A DNA stretch of 64,000 bases from Aplysia californica (lineage: Eukaryota): the NCBI RefSeq assembly GCF_000002075.1, contig NW_004797818.1, positions 268,198 to 332,197 of the forward strand, given 5' to 3'. Shown here one piece after another: positions 1-12,953 of the stretch. Numbering within the stretch: the stretch's first letter is position 1; the number at the start of each line of letters is the position of its first letter. Under the pieces are notes generated by a model that had not been told where the DNA came from, searched no databases, and was given only the letters and a program-made list of their open reading frames with translations. The position numbers and the translations under genes are program-made.

Positions 1-240
1 GACCTGGAGGCAGGATGACTCTGTTTCAGGAGTCATTACCTGGTTCACCATTTAGTCGCCTCGTACGACACGCTAGCACCACGTCAGTCCTATTATGGTA
101 GCTAATGACAGTAAGCAAAGGTGGGTCATTGTACGTCAACCTCTGAGCCAGAAATGACACCTTCAGGCATTCAGGTAGGTAACTTTGAGAAGAAGCAGAA
201 AAAGCAGACCATACCACAACATCTTCTCTGCCATCTTGTC
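1..240 (-). mobile_element. SINE fragment carrying a GCGTGTCGTACGAGGCGACTAA motif
   Basis: The motif at 53-74 resembles the GTCGTAAGAGGCGACTAA block of protostome SINE central domains. Truncated by the window edge. Confidence 0.4.
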
Positions 241-719
241 TTCTCTAATATAGTGCCTTATTACCAGAGCACCTTCATACGACCTGCATCAAAAGTAAAA
301 TGTTAAATGCTTACATGCTTGATTCACAAAAAGCAAAATCAACATGCTGACATGTTTCTCATCAAGGAACCAATCAAAACCAAAAACTGCTTCGCGCTGC
401 ATTTTCAGCCTGCATGATGCTTTCCAGCTTCCATTTTTCTTCATTTATGTAATTTTTTTTCAGACGATATGATAACTTTATCATATATTATTTCACGAAT
501 TGGAGAGGGTTGTTGACCCATTTTATAGCATACCAATCTAAATGAAATCATCTTTTGCAGTTTGCAACTCATTTTTGCTGTTAGGCTGACAGCAAATGAT
601 GTCTTTTGATGATGATGACACAAGTGATCAGAGTCTGTACATTCTCAAAGGCACATATTTATCCTGCTGCCTCTCCAACCACCATGATTTAAAATGATTC
701 ACATGGACCATGTTTTTAC

Positions 720-3700
720 CTCAATATACTTTTTCAGCTCCGTGATATTGATGACCATTCCAGTTGCGGGGTCTATCTGTAGAATGGAATAGAAAAATAA
801 AGCACTTATTATATATGTGTCAACTTTGCTACACAACATAAGGGACATAAGAGCCATCAACAAAGTAAGAAGAGATGTTTTTCTCAGTAGCAATACTTTA
901 AAAAATCCACCATAAACAATTTTCGTGTACTCTCTCTGAGAATCTCTCAAGGTTTTTCAGCAATAAATGATAATCTGTTCTTGCTGTTACACCTATTTCA
1001 TGTAAATAGATGTTGGATCTAAATTCATGCTTCATGCAGTGCAGTACAAGTCTAATTAAGATGCTTGCACGAATATGCCACAATACATGAAGGATTATCT
1101 TATTTTATACTTAATAGTGAGGAAGAAAGACCAAGATCTTGCCATGCTGTGTACAACAGACCTCTAGAACACCACACCCTCCTCAACTTTCAGCATCTTT
1201 GGGAGAAGAAAACTATTATTAACATGGTGGTGAGGCTACTGTACCTGTAACCTTTTACAATAACTGTGTGTGTAAGTGTGACGATGCTGAAGCCAAGAAA
1301 AAAGCTCACAAGCTGTGCACATCTACAAGTGGAAGTGAACTTTTAGATGCTCAAAATGGGGCAAACTCTTCTCAGCCAGAAGTGGCCTCATTGGTCATAT
1401 CAGAAGCCACTAGCCATGTTAAGTCTTATTTCTTTTATATCGATTACAAAACGCCATCCTCTGCAAATGCATTGGTCACCATCAGAAAATGATGGGAAAA
1501 CGGTCATTGTTATTTTTAAGAGCAGCATGCCATTCAACAATGTAATGTAAGTCTAAGGTTATTGTAGATGTGGACTCTACAATTGCAATATTCATCTTTG
1601 ATGTGACCACGCCATGCGGTGGGGTACCTTGAAAACTTCCTACACAACCAAAGTGCAGGGACTTCCCACTGGAGATTTGAACAAGGGTTATCAACATCAT
1701 AGTTCAGGATGAGACGAGCTGAGCTAAATGCACCCAGTAAGCCTTTATTAGAATCGTTTGAAAAACATTTTTAAAAAGGGGGCATTGTGAGATTTTTACA
1801 AAATCCATTGATTTGCAAGAAATGTTGGTCTGGTGATCAGCCATATTCGGAATATTCGCCAAAAAATGTTCATTTTTTGGGACCACAAATATAACAAATG
1901 ACGCGATAAAGGAACGAAAATATTACAATTACTCACCGGTCCCTTTAGTGTAACTTCAACTGTAAAAGAGTCAAAGTTAGATGATTGAGATTACAAGGAG
2001 ATAGTTATGCTTGGGTTCAGATTATGCATAGTAGTATAGAGAAAGAATACACTGTATGGAGGAATAAATAGTGATAATCACAAAAGCAATAAACACGTGC
2101 AATTTTCCAGACAACATTCTACCAGTGATTAGCTCGAATCTATAGGGTACAAAAAGGAGACGAAGCAAATGAAATGCAATTAAAGAGATGTTACAAGCAA
2201 GGCAACTTCGTGTTTTTTTGTATTGGAACATGTTGTTTTACCATGCTCGCAACTGCATATAACGTCATAAGAGCGCATGGGACGCATTAAACATTTTCAA
2301 CTTGGTAGGATTTAATTTTGAATTTTGCCCGGGTGAAGGCCGAAGCCCACTTTTATCGATTTTAGGACCACCAAGTGATCTTTAAATTGCGCAACTAGCA
2401 CACAGGACCTCCGAGATTTTTTCGCCCTTATCTGAGAAAGCTAGGTGTTCCATCTTACCTACCCTAAGATCAGGGATGGGGCTGAAAGACCAAAAGAAGC
2501 AGCCATAAGTAGTGGTAAAAAAAGTCAGGAGCCCAGAGAGGGGGCTGAAGGGAGTGGAGATGAAAGTAGACAACAGAACATGATTGGAGAGTGAGAAAGA
2601 ACAGAAGACAGTTATGAACCCAGGATCTATGACAGAGAAGCGAACACCGTACCTCTAGACCCACGACAGCCCCCAAACTAAGNNNNNNNNNNNNNNNNNN
2701 NNNNNNNNNNNNNNNNNNNNNNNNNNNNNNNNNNNNNNNNNNNNNNNNNNNNNNNNNNNNNNNNNNNNNNNNNNNNNNNNNNNNNNNNNNNNNNNNNNNN
2801 NNNNNNNNNNNNNNNNNNNNNNNNNNNNNNNNNNNNNNNNNNNNNNNNNNNNNNNNNNNNNNNNNNNNNNNNNNNNNNNNNNNNNNNNNNNNNNNNNNNN
2901 NNNNNNNNNNNNNNNNNNNNNNNNNNNNNNNNNNNNNNNNNNNNNNNNNNNNNNNNNNNNNNNNNNNNNNNNNNNNNNNNNNNNNNNNNNNNNNNNNNNN
3001 NNNNNNNNNNNNNNNNNNNNNNNNNNNNNNNNNNNNNNNNNNNNNNNNNNNNNNNNNAGCATGCAGTTCCTAACGATTATTGATATACAAAAAAAAATCT
3101 CAAATATTTAAACTGTATGAGGCTGCCTTGTAATGTGCTTTGAAAGCGATACACCCCCGCACATTATTCAATCCAAACAACTAAGCAACATTTTTTACCA
3201 AAATGCAAAGTAAATTTTACTTAGACACTTGGTGTCATCCATTAGAATGAAAAATGTAGAGGGCATAATATAACATTCTTATCCAAAAAATATGGCAACA
3301 CATCTGTTGAGTGTATTTTATTTTCATGTAGTGTGAAAAGTCAGCAACCCATGCAGTGTTAAAATTTGACGAAAGGCCTACATGATGAGTGTTATTCGAA
3401 TTGAAATGTCAGAAGGAAAATTGTAAAAATGCAATGGGCAATGCAGGACTAATCTGGCGTAGTAATAAATAATTTTAGAGCAGCCATGATTTCTAATACG
3501 GGGTGCCCACTACGGTTGGGATCGGCTGATCGCCCGACTCAGCCGCCTCAAAGACAAACGAGTTCGTTTTCAGTCTCAGGCGACCGAGTCGGGTAATCGG
3601 CCCGATCCAGCCGTAGTGGGCACCCCGTATAAGACCAGATGAGCGTTGGGACAACGCTAGATTGCATCACTTGAGTGAGTATTGAATCTTTTTTTCCCCA

Positions 3701-6700
3701 AGACTGTACAGCTGTATCATCAGCCTGACAGCAACACCCTTGGGAAGCAAGACTCTGCTGCTGTTAGGCGGACGTTGCTGTCACTGTTAACTGAATTATT
3801 CTCAAAGCGGGGGGTAAACTGCCTGAAAGAAATGTTACCCTCCCCTCTCTCGTCTTTCTTTCTACTCTCTCTCTCTCCCCCCCCTCTCTCTCCCTCTCCT
3901 CTCTTTCTCTCCCATATGTGTGCACACACACACACACACACACACACAAACAAGCATGAGTCATAATCGCAGTATGTGATAATGCAGTGATGTTGGAGGG
4001 TGAGAGCATTGGCAGTATCAGTGCTGAGGTTTGACCGGAGTCAAAGGTCTCAGTGAAGTGAGCCAAAGCTTGATAACAGGGACGTATAACCCTCTGTATA
4101 ACCCATAAATAATCATAGTGGCTGAGATTCCACCTTCCCCTCCCCTCCACCCAGCTGGGAGACTCTTGAAGGAAGGTGACTCTTGGCGACAGGGTGTGAA
4201 AAGGGCTCAGCTGTACTTGGCAAAGAGTACTTTTGGCCCAAGCAGGAGATGACAAGAGTGGAAAGATGCACACACACTGAAATTATAGGCCAGTCTCAGC
4301 GTTTACAATGTTTCCAAATTGTCAAAAAAAATGTTGTCAGACGAGTAATTTATAACAACGACTGTCACTGTTAGAGAAAAAGGTTGCTTTTTAAAAGGGG
4401 TTATTTGTAAAACATACTACTGCCAGGTGGATGTGGCTTTTATTTGGGATGCTGTTAAGTGGACACCACTTCACTTTGAGAATAATTAATGAAATGAAAG
4501 CTGTTGCAAACCAGTAAAACTGCACGGCAATTTTCTAGATATAAATCAAACACATTTACAATTTCACATCATACATAAAATCAATAATGAAAACCATGAA
4601 TAGAAACTCAAGCGAGACTGGATTTAGTGAGCGCAACTTAAGACCAAATAGGACAGGCAGATTTGCCTTTTGTCAGAGAGATAATCTTGTAATACTTTCA
4701 TAATCTATTTGGGTTCCACTCTACATGCAATGACATACACATAGACTGTTCATCAATTATCTACCAGACTGGAAAGAATATATATATATATATATATATA
4801 TTCATTTTTCTTTACATTTGAACATCTGTCACATGTAATGCATTGGTGGAATGAATTCATTTACATGTAGTGTAACCAGCTGCTGTGAAATTTATCAAGA
4901 ATTGATCAAACGTTCACTGAAAACACCAAACAAAGAATGCATACAAATAAGAAATTATATTTACAGAGTGTTTTAGTTTGTCTTGCATTATATTCCACTG
5001 CATTGTCTACTGCACAACTGTGTTGCGTGACACTGTCTATTGTACAACTGTATTGTGTAGAATTGTCTACTGTACAACTGTGTTGTGTGGCATAGTTTAC
5101 TGTACATGTACAACTGTGTTGTATTGCATTGTCTACTGTACAACTGTGTTGTATTGGATTGTCTACTGTACAACCGTGTTGTATTGGATTGTCTACTGTA
5201 CAACTGTATTGTGTGGCATTGTCTACTGTACAACTGTGTTGTATTGGATTGTCTACTGTACAACTGTATTGTGTGGCATTGTCTACTGTACAACTGTGCT
5301 GTATTGCATTGTCTACTGTACAACTGTATTGTGTGGCATTGTCTACCGTACAGAGAGCCCGATATGTCTAAATCTGTTATAACAAATGAGTAAAGTCAAA
5401 AAGTTGTGAAAAGTACTCAAAAGGTAACCACCTCTCCCCCCCCCCCCCCCCCCCCCGAAATTAATCTGGGCAAATAAAGAAAAAAAAACCTAGACGTTGT
5501 TTGGTAATTTGTAAACAATTGTATGTGGGAACACTCTACAAGAGTAAAGTTGAATTTAAGGAGTTCGGCCGATCTCACATAAGAATAGATTGCCTATATA
5601 AGCTTATAAACATGTTAATTGAGAACTACAATACAACAACGAAGTGGTATTACGTACAAAACTTCCTGTTTCCCAAAAGAGAAAAATAATGAGACTATTT
5701 TAGCATCAAGCTCCACAGAACCATTTTATACTAAAAGCATCACTAAAACTAAAAAAGAAAAAAAATCAGGCTAATAGTCTATGCCAGCGAAAGAAATAAA
5801 AAGCATTATCATTAGTGGAATCTACAAATCTACATAATTTAAAAAGGCAAATAAGAAAACTTTATTGTTCGAAATACTGTACCTTTGTAATTATGACCAT
5901 GCCCATTAGGACTGTTACATTTGCCAAACAGGGCCTTGTTCTCTTCATCTGACAGGTATGGGCTGAAAATGGACATAATAAAAGCTCTGAATAAATTTTA
6001 TAAATTATCTTTCCACTTCATCGATGTAAAAATTTGTAAAGGAGATTAAGTTTACATAGTTTACATAATGAGCTAGTTGTAACAACTTCACTGCACTGAT
6101 GGGGTGTCAATGGTCTTATGGTAAGGCTCTTGGACTCCCCACCCTAAGGCCATGCATCTGAATCCCATCAAGGGCCTGATGGTGTGTCCTTGGGAAAGCC
6201 ACTTTACACAAATTTCCCTAACTTCACCCAAGTGGGAATGGGGTGTACCCAGTCAGCGAAAGATCTTGTCAATTTGTCAGTGTTTTAGCACATCTAATCT
6301 GTAGCTTGCACTGCAAGCTTCCATGTTTTTGAGTCATGTTCTATGGTCTGCTGGGGAAATAATAGCTGTAAAATACATATATATATATAGTATGATATAG
6401 AGCATGCTGTAGAGCATAGACATGCTTTATTTGAAATCAACAAATAATTATGATGATGTTGAGGCAGTCACTATGAGTCACTTCATTTTGATCACTATAC
6501 AAAACATACTGGATTATCCCACTGGATACATGTATATTCATTGTTATTCAAACTCTTAGTCACCTACAAAGGTCACATTAAAATTTTTTAAAATAACATT
6601 CTGTAAATTTAATAAAAACTTGGAGAAAGTAAAGAAAACCCAAAGACTTATTGTATATATGTAATATGTAGGACCTAATTTGTGTCGAGGAGTCAATTCC

Positions 6701-9700
6701 GTGACAGGGAGCCAATTTTCACTTTATATATATATACAAGAAGAGGCTGAATGACATTCACTGTGTGGCACCATTGCTAGTTTCATGCCACTTTGAGGAA
6801 AATACTTCCTTGCCAATTTCATGTCTGGTGTTATTAGGCAGTACCAAACAACAATTAAATAACATACAATGAAAAGGAGGACTTTGTTTGAGTAGGTGTT
6901 CTACGGCACTATCAGAACAGACTTGGTCATGTAAGCGCCAAAAAGAGATACACTAAGACATAAGGAAAATAAATGTTATATAGGCAAGGAGGAGCAAACC
7001 ATACTAGAGCACCCTCCAGCCACCCACAGAAGAACAAGAAGACTTTAATGGAATTGTGGTCCAATAAACTCAGAAAAGTGTTGTAGAACTTCCATGATCC
7101 TGCAAGAATGGTGCAAAAAGAGAAACAAGATCCTGAACGTGACTTCAACCACAAAGCACACCGATGAGATGCATCTATAATTATCATGCAAAGATTTATT
7201 GCATAAATAAGTATTTAGCAACAACCACCTCTCAAACAGATTGCAACTTCTTTTTCCACATTAGTTGTATATTACATATTACGCTTTTGAAGTTGGAGAA
7301 ACGGCGGATTATCGTCCTAACCCCTTATCTCTCTCTCTCTTTCGTCCCCTCAACCCCCCCCCCTTTTTATTTTCTTTCTCTCAGTGGGAACAGCAGCTAT
7401 TCTGCACGGCCAATGGAGGAAGGGCACACTTTAGATTTTGTGTATATCAGCAGATCCTGTTAGATGAGGAGCTTTCAGGTTTCAACATGACATTGATTAC
7501 ACAGTTGTGTCAGATAACATAACCGTTGCGCAAAAACTGCCCACCATAATGGTTGAAAAGTCCAGAACAGACTACCGTGTGAGAATCACATCTGGGGCTG
7601 ATTTTCTTTGTTAAAATTAAAGTTTCTCTATTGTCTTCTATCCTCAAACATTTAAGCATGTACTTCACTTCAAATTCTCTGTCATATATCTTATTGACAT
7701 TTTGGTTTTGTTGAATTGGAGTGAATCTCTTTCTGCAAATTTTAATTTCTTCTTTCCAATTCAAAACATTCCACTTTACAAATTATAACTTATGTCTAGT
7801 TTGTTAATGTGTTTTAATTAAATAGAGCAGAGGGTGTGATAGAGTAAATTTTGTTGCAAATATGAAAACGAAGCATCACTTCGCTTTGTCGAGAGGAAAG
7901 GGGTAAAAGATTTGGTGCGAAACTGAATGGTGCAAGCAATTTTGCAACGCAATTGGCTAGTTGACATGCAATTGGGTCCTACCATGCATGCAATTGGCTC
8001 CTCTATAGATCTACGAAATTAGGTTCTTTAAAATTATTTACATTATTTTCTTATAATTTGTTAAACCAACATACAGCTCCAGTTCCCTAAAAAGGCAGAC
8101 AGACAAAGGGAAGTGACGGGGTTGAGTATGAAGCAGTACCTGGGAGACAGAGATTCAAAAGTTCACTCTTTTAGACATTGCAACAGCGAGGTAAAGTAAA
8201 ATACATTTTCTCATAGACTACAAATATTATACTGTTCAATGTCTGGGTATTTTATTATTTCTTAAACTGGAATCTATTAAAAAAACAATGAACTAGTCGT
8301 CAAACAGTTTCAGAATGTATAGCCTAAACTTTACGTTGACAAAGATATATATATATATATATAATTACTAGCCTAGCTGGGCCCCCTTTCGATGAAAGGA
8401 ATGATCGGTGCATTAACATCGAGTGAAAGTCATTAGTCTACAATATTTACACTCTACTGGAATGGAGCAATACATTTTGAGAGATCATGCAAAAAATTAG
8501 AAAATTCTTTTTTAATAGCTAAGACCTGTTGACGTTATTCCCAGTAGCAAGAAAAAGAATTTGACAAAGGAGTCAAGAAAAAGCGATGATGGGCATCAAA
8601 CGAAAGGATCACAGTTGAATTTAGCACCAAGTAAAAAAAGAAAACAGGAAGCAAGATCTATACGGGTCGCACACTTAAAATACTGTTCAGTATTGCGTGA
8701 CAATGCGAGATAGTATCGAACGAAAGTACCACTTGAAATACAAACCTGGCGGATTTTCTAAAATTACAGAGACAGAAGCGTCGGCCAACAAAAGCCATTG
8801 GTGAAATAAAAAAATTTAGTTTTTTTGCAGCAAAACTGTCTCAAAACTGAAAAAACAAAGGGCGTCAATTTCTGGAGAGTATTTAAAAGAATCTTTTGGC
8901 GAAAAGCGCGCACGTCGATCGATGCAGCCATTAAAAAGCTTTTTGACCCCTTTTGAATAGCAAAATTCGGCCACCACAAATAGATAATAGATCTAGATAT
9001 ATTTTAAAATTATTTGTTCTTAAATAAAGGGGTGCCATAAAATACTTCAGAGTTGAGATGAAAACAGGTTACAAAACAAAAAGACCCACAAACATATATA
9101 TAAGAAAATTCAAATGAATGTGACATATCATGACCCATTGTTACAGTTTACAGTAATTTCTATGACATGCCATTACAATACATACATGCCTCACAGCATG
9201 CTGCAGATGATGATAGTGACTTAGATAGTGATAATATTAACATAATCATTAGACTACCCAAGAAAGATCTCTAAGACGGTTAAGTCCAGACTGCCAGACT
9301 ACTAATAAGGAAGAGGCTAGCCGTACTTAATGACGGCTAGACTGGCAGTCTAGCCGTACTTATTCTCTTAATATGATGGCTAGACTCACCATTTACAAAA
9401 AATAGGCCTACTGAATTGTAAATTTTAAATATACATTTTTAGTGTGCAGTACCTAAAGTATTTGTATTTGAGACGAAACCAGGTGCCTTAATGACAGTGC
9501 ATGTATTTTAAACCTCCTGTTTTCTAATGTTAATAGGGCCTAAGACTTCTTGTCTTGCCGTACTTAAGTACGGGTAGACAGCCAGGCTAGCCGTACTTAA
9601 GGACGGCTAGACTGTCAGTCTAGCCGTACTTAATATTTTATGGCTGAATTGTAAATGAAATTTTTAGTTTGCAATGCCTAAATCTAAAGTATTAGTTTGC

Positions 9701-10102
9701 AATGCCTAAAGTTTTAGTTTGCAATGCCTAAAGTATTTGTATTTCAGACAAAACCAAAAGGTGCCTTACTGACTTGCATGTATTTGAACCTGAATAATTA
9801 CTAGATCTAGATCTGAGACCTGTGTACTTAACAGGCTTGAGTCGATAGGGCCAAACCTAGATCTAAGTACGGCTAGACTGGCAGTCTAGCCGTACTTAAG
9901 TACGGCTAGCCACTTCGTACTAATAATTGATGGCACAAAAACAAAATTACTGATACTCCCTGGGAGAGTTTACAAACATCATCTGGACAGCTGAACTGAC
10001 AAGTATAAACGTGGAAAGTCACCTGTGCAGTCTATGACAGGCGCTGAAAGACTCGATACGTTGTATGAACACGACTGGGCTTTCCTGCTGTTCCCCGTTC
10101 AT
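720..10102 (-). CDS. PTS: 6-pyruvoyl tetrahydropterin synthase (PTPS), exons 1-4; downstream exons lie beyond the window start
   Basis: Exons: 10102-10023 ([27 protein letters not shown]), 5962-5883 ([26 protein letters not shown]), 1959-1937 (23-nt microexon, VEVTLKGP), 776-720 ([19 protein letters not shown]). All introns are GT-AG and phase-compatible. Contains the Zn-binding HRL and GHGHNY motifs and the catalytic Cys (GKCN). Confidence 0.95.
2230..2674 (-). mobile_element. tRNA-headed Deu/Nin-domain SINE (family D), diverged copy
   Basis: Colinear with 57808-58308: head GGGGGCTGTCGTGG, Deu-like TCAGATAAGGGCGAAAA..GAGGTCC..TTAAAGATC, and the shared tail TATGACG..TGCAGTTGCGAGC..GTAAAAC. 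Confidence 0.8.
2683..3057. other. assembly gap (N)
   Basis: Run of N. Confidence 1.
3497..3629. mobile_element. 133-bp palindromic MITE, PIF/Harbinger-like
   Basis: TIR TACGGGGTGCCCACTACGG...CCGTAGTGGGCACCCCGTA; almost the whole element folds back on itself. TAA TSD (3494-96 / 3630-32). Confidence 0.8.
5001..5352. repeat. 30-bp minisatellite, about 11-12 copies
   Basis: Unit GTCTACTGTACAACTGT(G/A)TTGT(A/G)T(T/G)G(C/G)ATT. One TGTACA duplication near 5101-5112. Confidence 0.95.
6102..6450 (+). mobile_element. tRNA/CORE-like SINE (family A), diverged
   Basis: Colinear with 21763-22121 and 48060-48398: GTGTCCTTGGGAAAG..CACTTTA, AATGGG..TACCCAG, GAAAGATCTTGTC. Confidence 0.8.
9309..9917. mobile_element. 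foldback non-autonomous DNA transposon, Mutator(MULE)-like
   Basis: TIR GGAAGAGGCTAGCCGTACTTAA vs reverse complement CGAAGTGGCTAGCCGTACTTAA. Perfect 9-bp TSD TACTAATAA (9300-08 / 9918-26). Internal nested palindromes. Confidence 0.8.
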
Positions 10103-12953
10103 CTTGCGTCCTTTGCTGTGCAAACAGAACAACGTCCTCACCAGACCTTTCTTGTTCCACCAATTACAGAAAAACTGGAGCAGATTCTAAGTGATTCGAG
10201 CTTTTAAATAAGTTACTACTTCTACTAGATCTACTTCTTATCTTATATATTTCTAGATCTAAAAGCAACGTTCAAATTTGATTTACAACACACGCCTGCG
10301 AAAAGAACAAAAAGACTGAGAAGAGAGAGAGAGAGAGAGACGGTCAACAGGCTGGCTCATTGTTGATCCTATTTTTTTACTCTAGAAGAACATTAGATGC
10401 GTAAACGGAAAGAAAAAAGAGATTAGCCTAGTCTCGGCATAAGTTTCTTGCTTAGATTTTTAAACCAAGACCTTGACATAAGCAAGGTCGAAGAGACGAA
10501 AACGATGATACTTGATACTTTAACCTTATTTAAATACGACGCGTTAGCTTGATAGGCTAGGCCAGAGACCGGGCAAGGCTACAACTACAAATAGAGGCTA
10601 ATAATGTTTTGGTTTCTTGTTTCCAGGCCCAGTTACTTCCCCTGGACGATTAATCAGAGACACTAAAAATAGAGTCTCTGGATTAATCTAGATTTTCAAC
10701 TGCTGAACTTGCAAGTCATGCAACTACATTTCTTAGACGGTCACAGGTCATTTTATAAACACACAACACAGACTACAGAGGATTGACACCGGTGCGCCCT
10801 GGCCCCTTACCTCTATCCTTATCATCCTATCCTGGGTTAAGACTTGATCAGACTTCGTCCAAGTCTAAGTCAAGAGGCCGAATCTGAATTAAGAAAGCTT
10901 AGATTGATTAGATAGACTGCAGNNNNNNNNNNNNNNNNNNNNNNNNNNNNNNNNNNNNNNNNNNNNNNNNNNNNNNNNNNNNNNNNNNNNNNNNNNNNNN
11001 NNNNNNNNNNNNNNNNNNNNNNNNNNNNNNNNNNNNNNNNNNNNNNNNNNNNNNNNNNNNNNNNNNNNNNNNNNNNNNNNNNNNNNNNNNNNNNNNNNNN
11101 NNNNNNNNNNNNNNNNNNNNNNNNNNNNNNNNNNNNNNNNNNNNNNNNNNNNNNNNNNNNNNNNNNNNNNNNNNNNNNNNNNNNNNNNNNNNNNNNNNNN
11201 NNNNNNNNNNNNNNNNNNNNNNNNNNNNNNNNNNNNNNNNNNNNNNNNNNNNNNNNNNNNNNNNNNNNNNNNNNNNNNNNNNNNNNNNNNNNNNNNNNNN
11301 NNNNNNNNNNNNNNNNNNNNNNNNNNNNNNNNNNNNNNNNNNNNNNNNNNNNNNNNNNNNNNNNNNNNNNNNNNNNNNNNNNNNNNNNNNNNNNNNNNNN
11401 NNNNNNNNNNNNNNNNNNNNNNNNNNNNNNNNNNNNNNNNNNNNNNNNNNNNNNNNNNNNNNNNNNNNNNNNNNNNNNNNNNNNNNNNNNNNNNNNNNNN
11501 NNNNNNNNNNNNNNNNNNNNNNNNNNNNNNNNNNNNNNNNNNNNNNNNNNNNNNNNNNNNNNNNNNNNNNNNNNNNNNNGGCTGGCTACTCACCGGTACT
11601 TCATGAAATTAGTTTGTACTGATTAGAAGAGGAGGGTGAGATCAGATGACAAAATAGAATGTAAGCATAAAGTCAGATGAATGATCACATGTTGGAGCGA
11701 CTTCTTAGTCTTGGCCTTAAAGTCCTTTAACTTGAGACTAGATTCTATAATGTGTATCATGCTACTGGGCCACAAGGCCCAGGTTCTTGTGTGCTTTATC
11801 AATTACAGTTGAACCTGCCTTAACAGAAACCTATAAAGTTACCTCTCTATAAAACGGAAACCTGCTCAACCTGGAAATGGAAAGAGAAATTCCTTCCCTT
11901 TCAAGGGTTTTAACCTGTCCAAGACAGAAAATGCTTTGCTGGCTCAAGAAGCCTAATTTGAAACAAACTCCCAAAATTTGGTTCCACGGACCCTAGTCTT
12001 TAAACCATGCTGTCTAGCGAAAGTGGAAGGAAGGGGTGCATTTTGGGGGCAATCGAGTCCTGAGCGATGTAGTTGGTCAGGGCGGTGTGGATGGGGGTGT
12101 GAAATCTCACCATTGCTTGTGAAAGTACTCAAGTAGCGCTCCAGCAAGGGAACTTTCTTGGGAGCCAGAGGTGTGAAATTAATCTAACCAATGCCTGTAG
12201 CCTGATTTTATCAGTGGAGCAAAAAAGTTCCTCAAATCATTGTAAGATAGATGCAGGTGAGGGTGGCATTGGTTGATTCTACTTATTACCCTGATGGGTG
12301 GGGCTAAGTGTGGGAACTAAGGAGACACTCCAGTGTTTTTATTTTTAGGTCAAACAATCTATGAGGTGCCAGCACTGGTGGCAGTGGATAAGTAAAACTG
12401 ACACATATCGGTACCTGGATCAGAGAGGCTAGGATAGCACTTGGGAGTTGTGAGGTTTTGACCAACGCTTGCTGACTGTACAGGTGATTTTTGGTCCCAC
12501 TGTGCATGGGCTCTTCCCCCAGAAAACTGAGGTTTAGGGAAGAAAATAAAAACCCTGAGTGACCTCGTTAGACCAAAACCTTGGCTAAAACGAAAAAATG
12601 TAGAGGCAGATTTCAGTTTAAAAGCAGACTTCATTCTATATTTTGTACAAAGATGTCTACAAGAGAGACATGGCGTAAACAAAGACATTGTTGAATAGAA
12701 ACTGGGGATAAGCAACAGAAGGTAACGGCAAGTCAAGACCAGTTACAAGATGACGCAGATAAACATGGCTGGGAAGGCTTTTGAAAAGACACAAGTTTAT
12801 GCAACAATGTGTTGAATATAACCATTTATTTTTATTCTTATTAATTTTGTTAACACACATTTCAAATGAATAACATTTTTTGTCATGTTATAGTTTTTAA
12901 CATGATCTACTTTTATTCTTCCTTTTTTTCTTTCAGTTTTGAATCCACTCATC
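10103..12953. promoter_or_regulatory. divergent (head-to-head) promoter region PTS/SEPSECS, including a gap and SEPSECS 5' UTR intron
   Basis: ATGs face away from each other about 2.85 kb apart. CpG is more frequent around 10.0-10.8 kb. TSSs cannot be placed. Confidence 0.55.
10923..11579. other. assembly gap (N)
   Basis: Run of N. Confidence 1.

Noticed and set aside
900-1720. Coding-like fragments in PTS intron 3 (also 37200-37600)
   Set aside because: Short and interrupted with no recognisable motif. They may be old TE debris but cannot be assigned.
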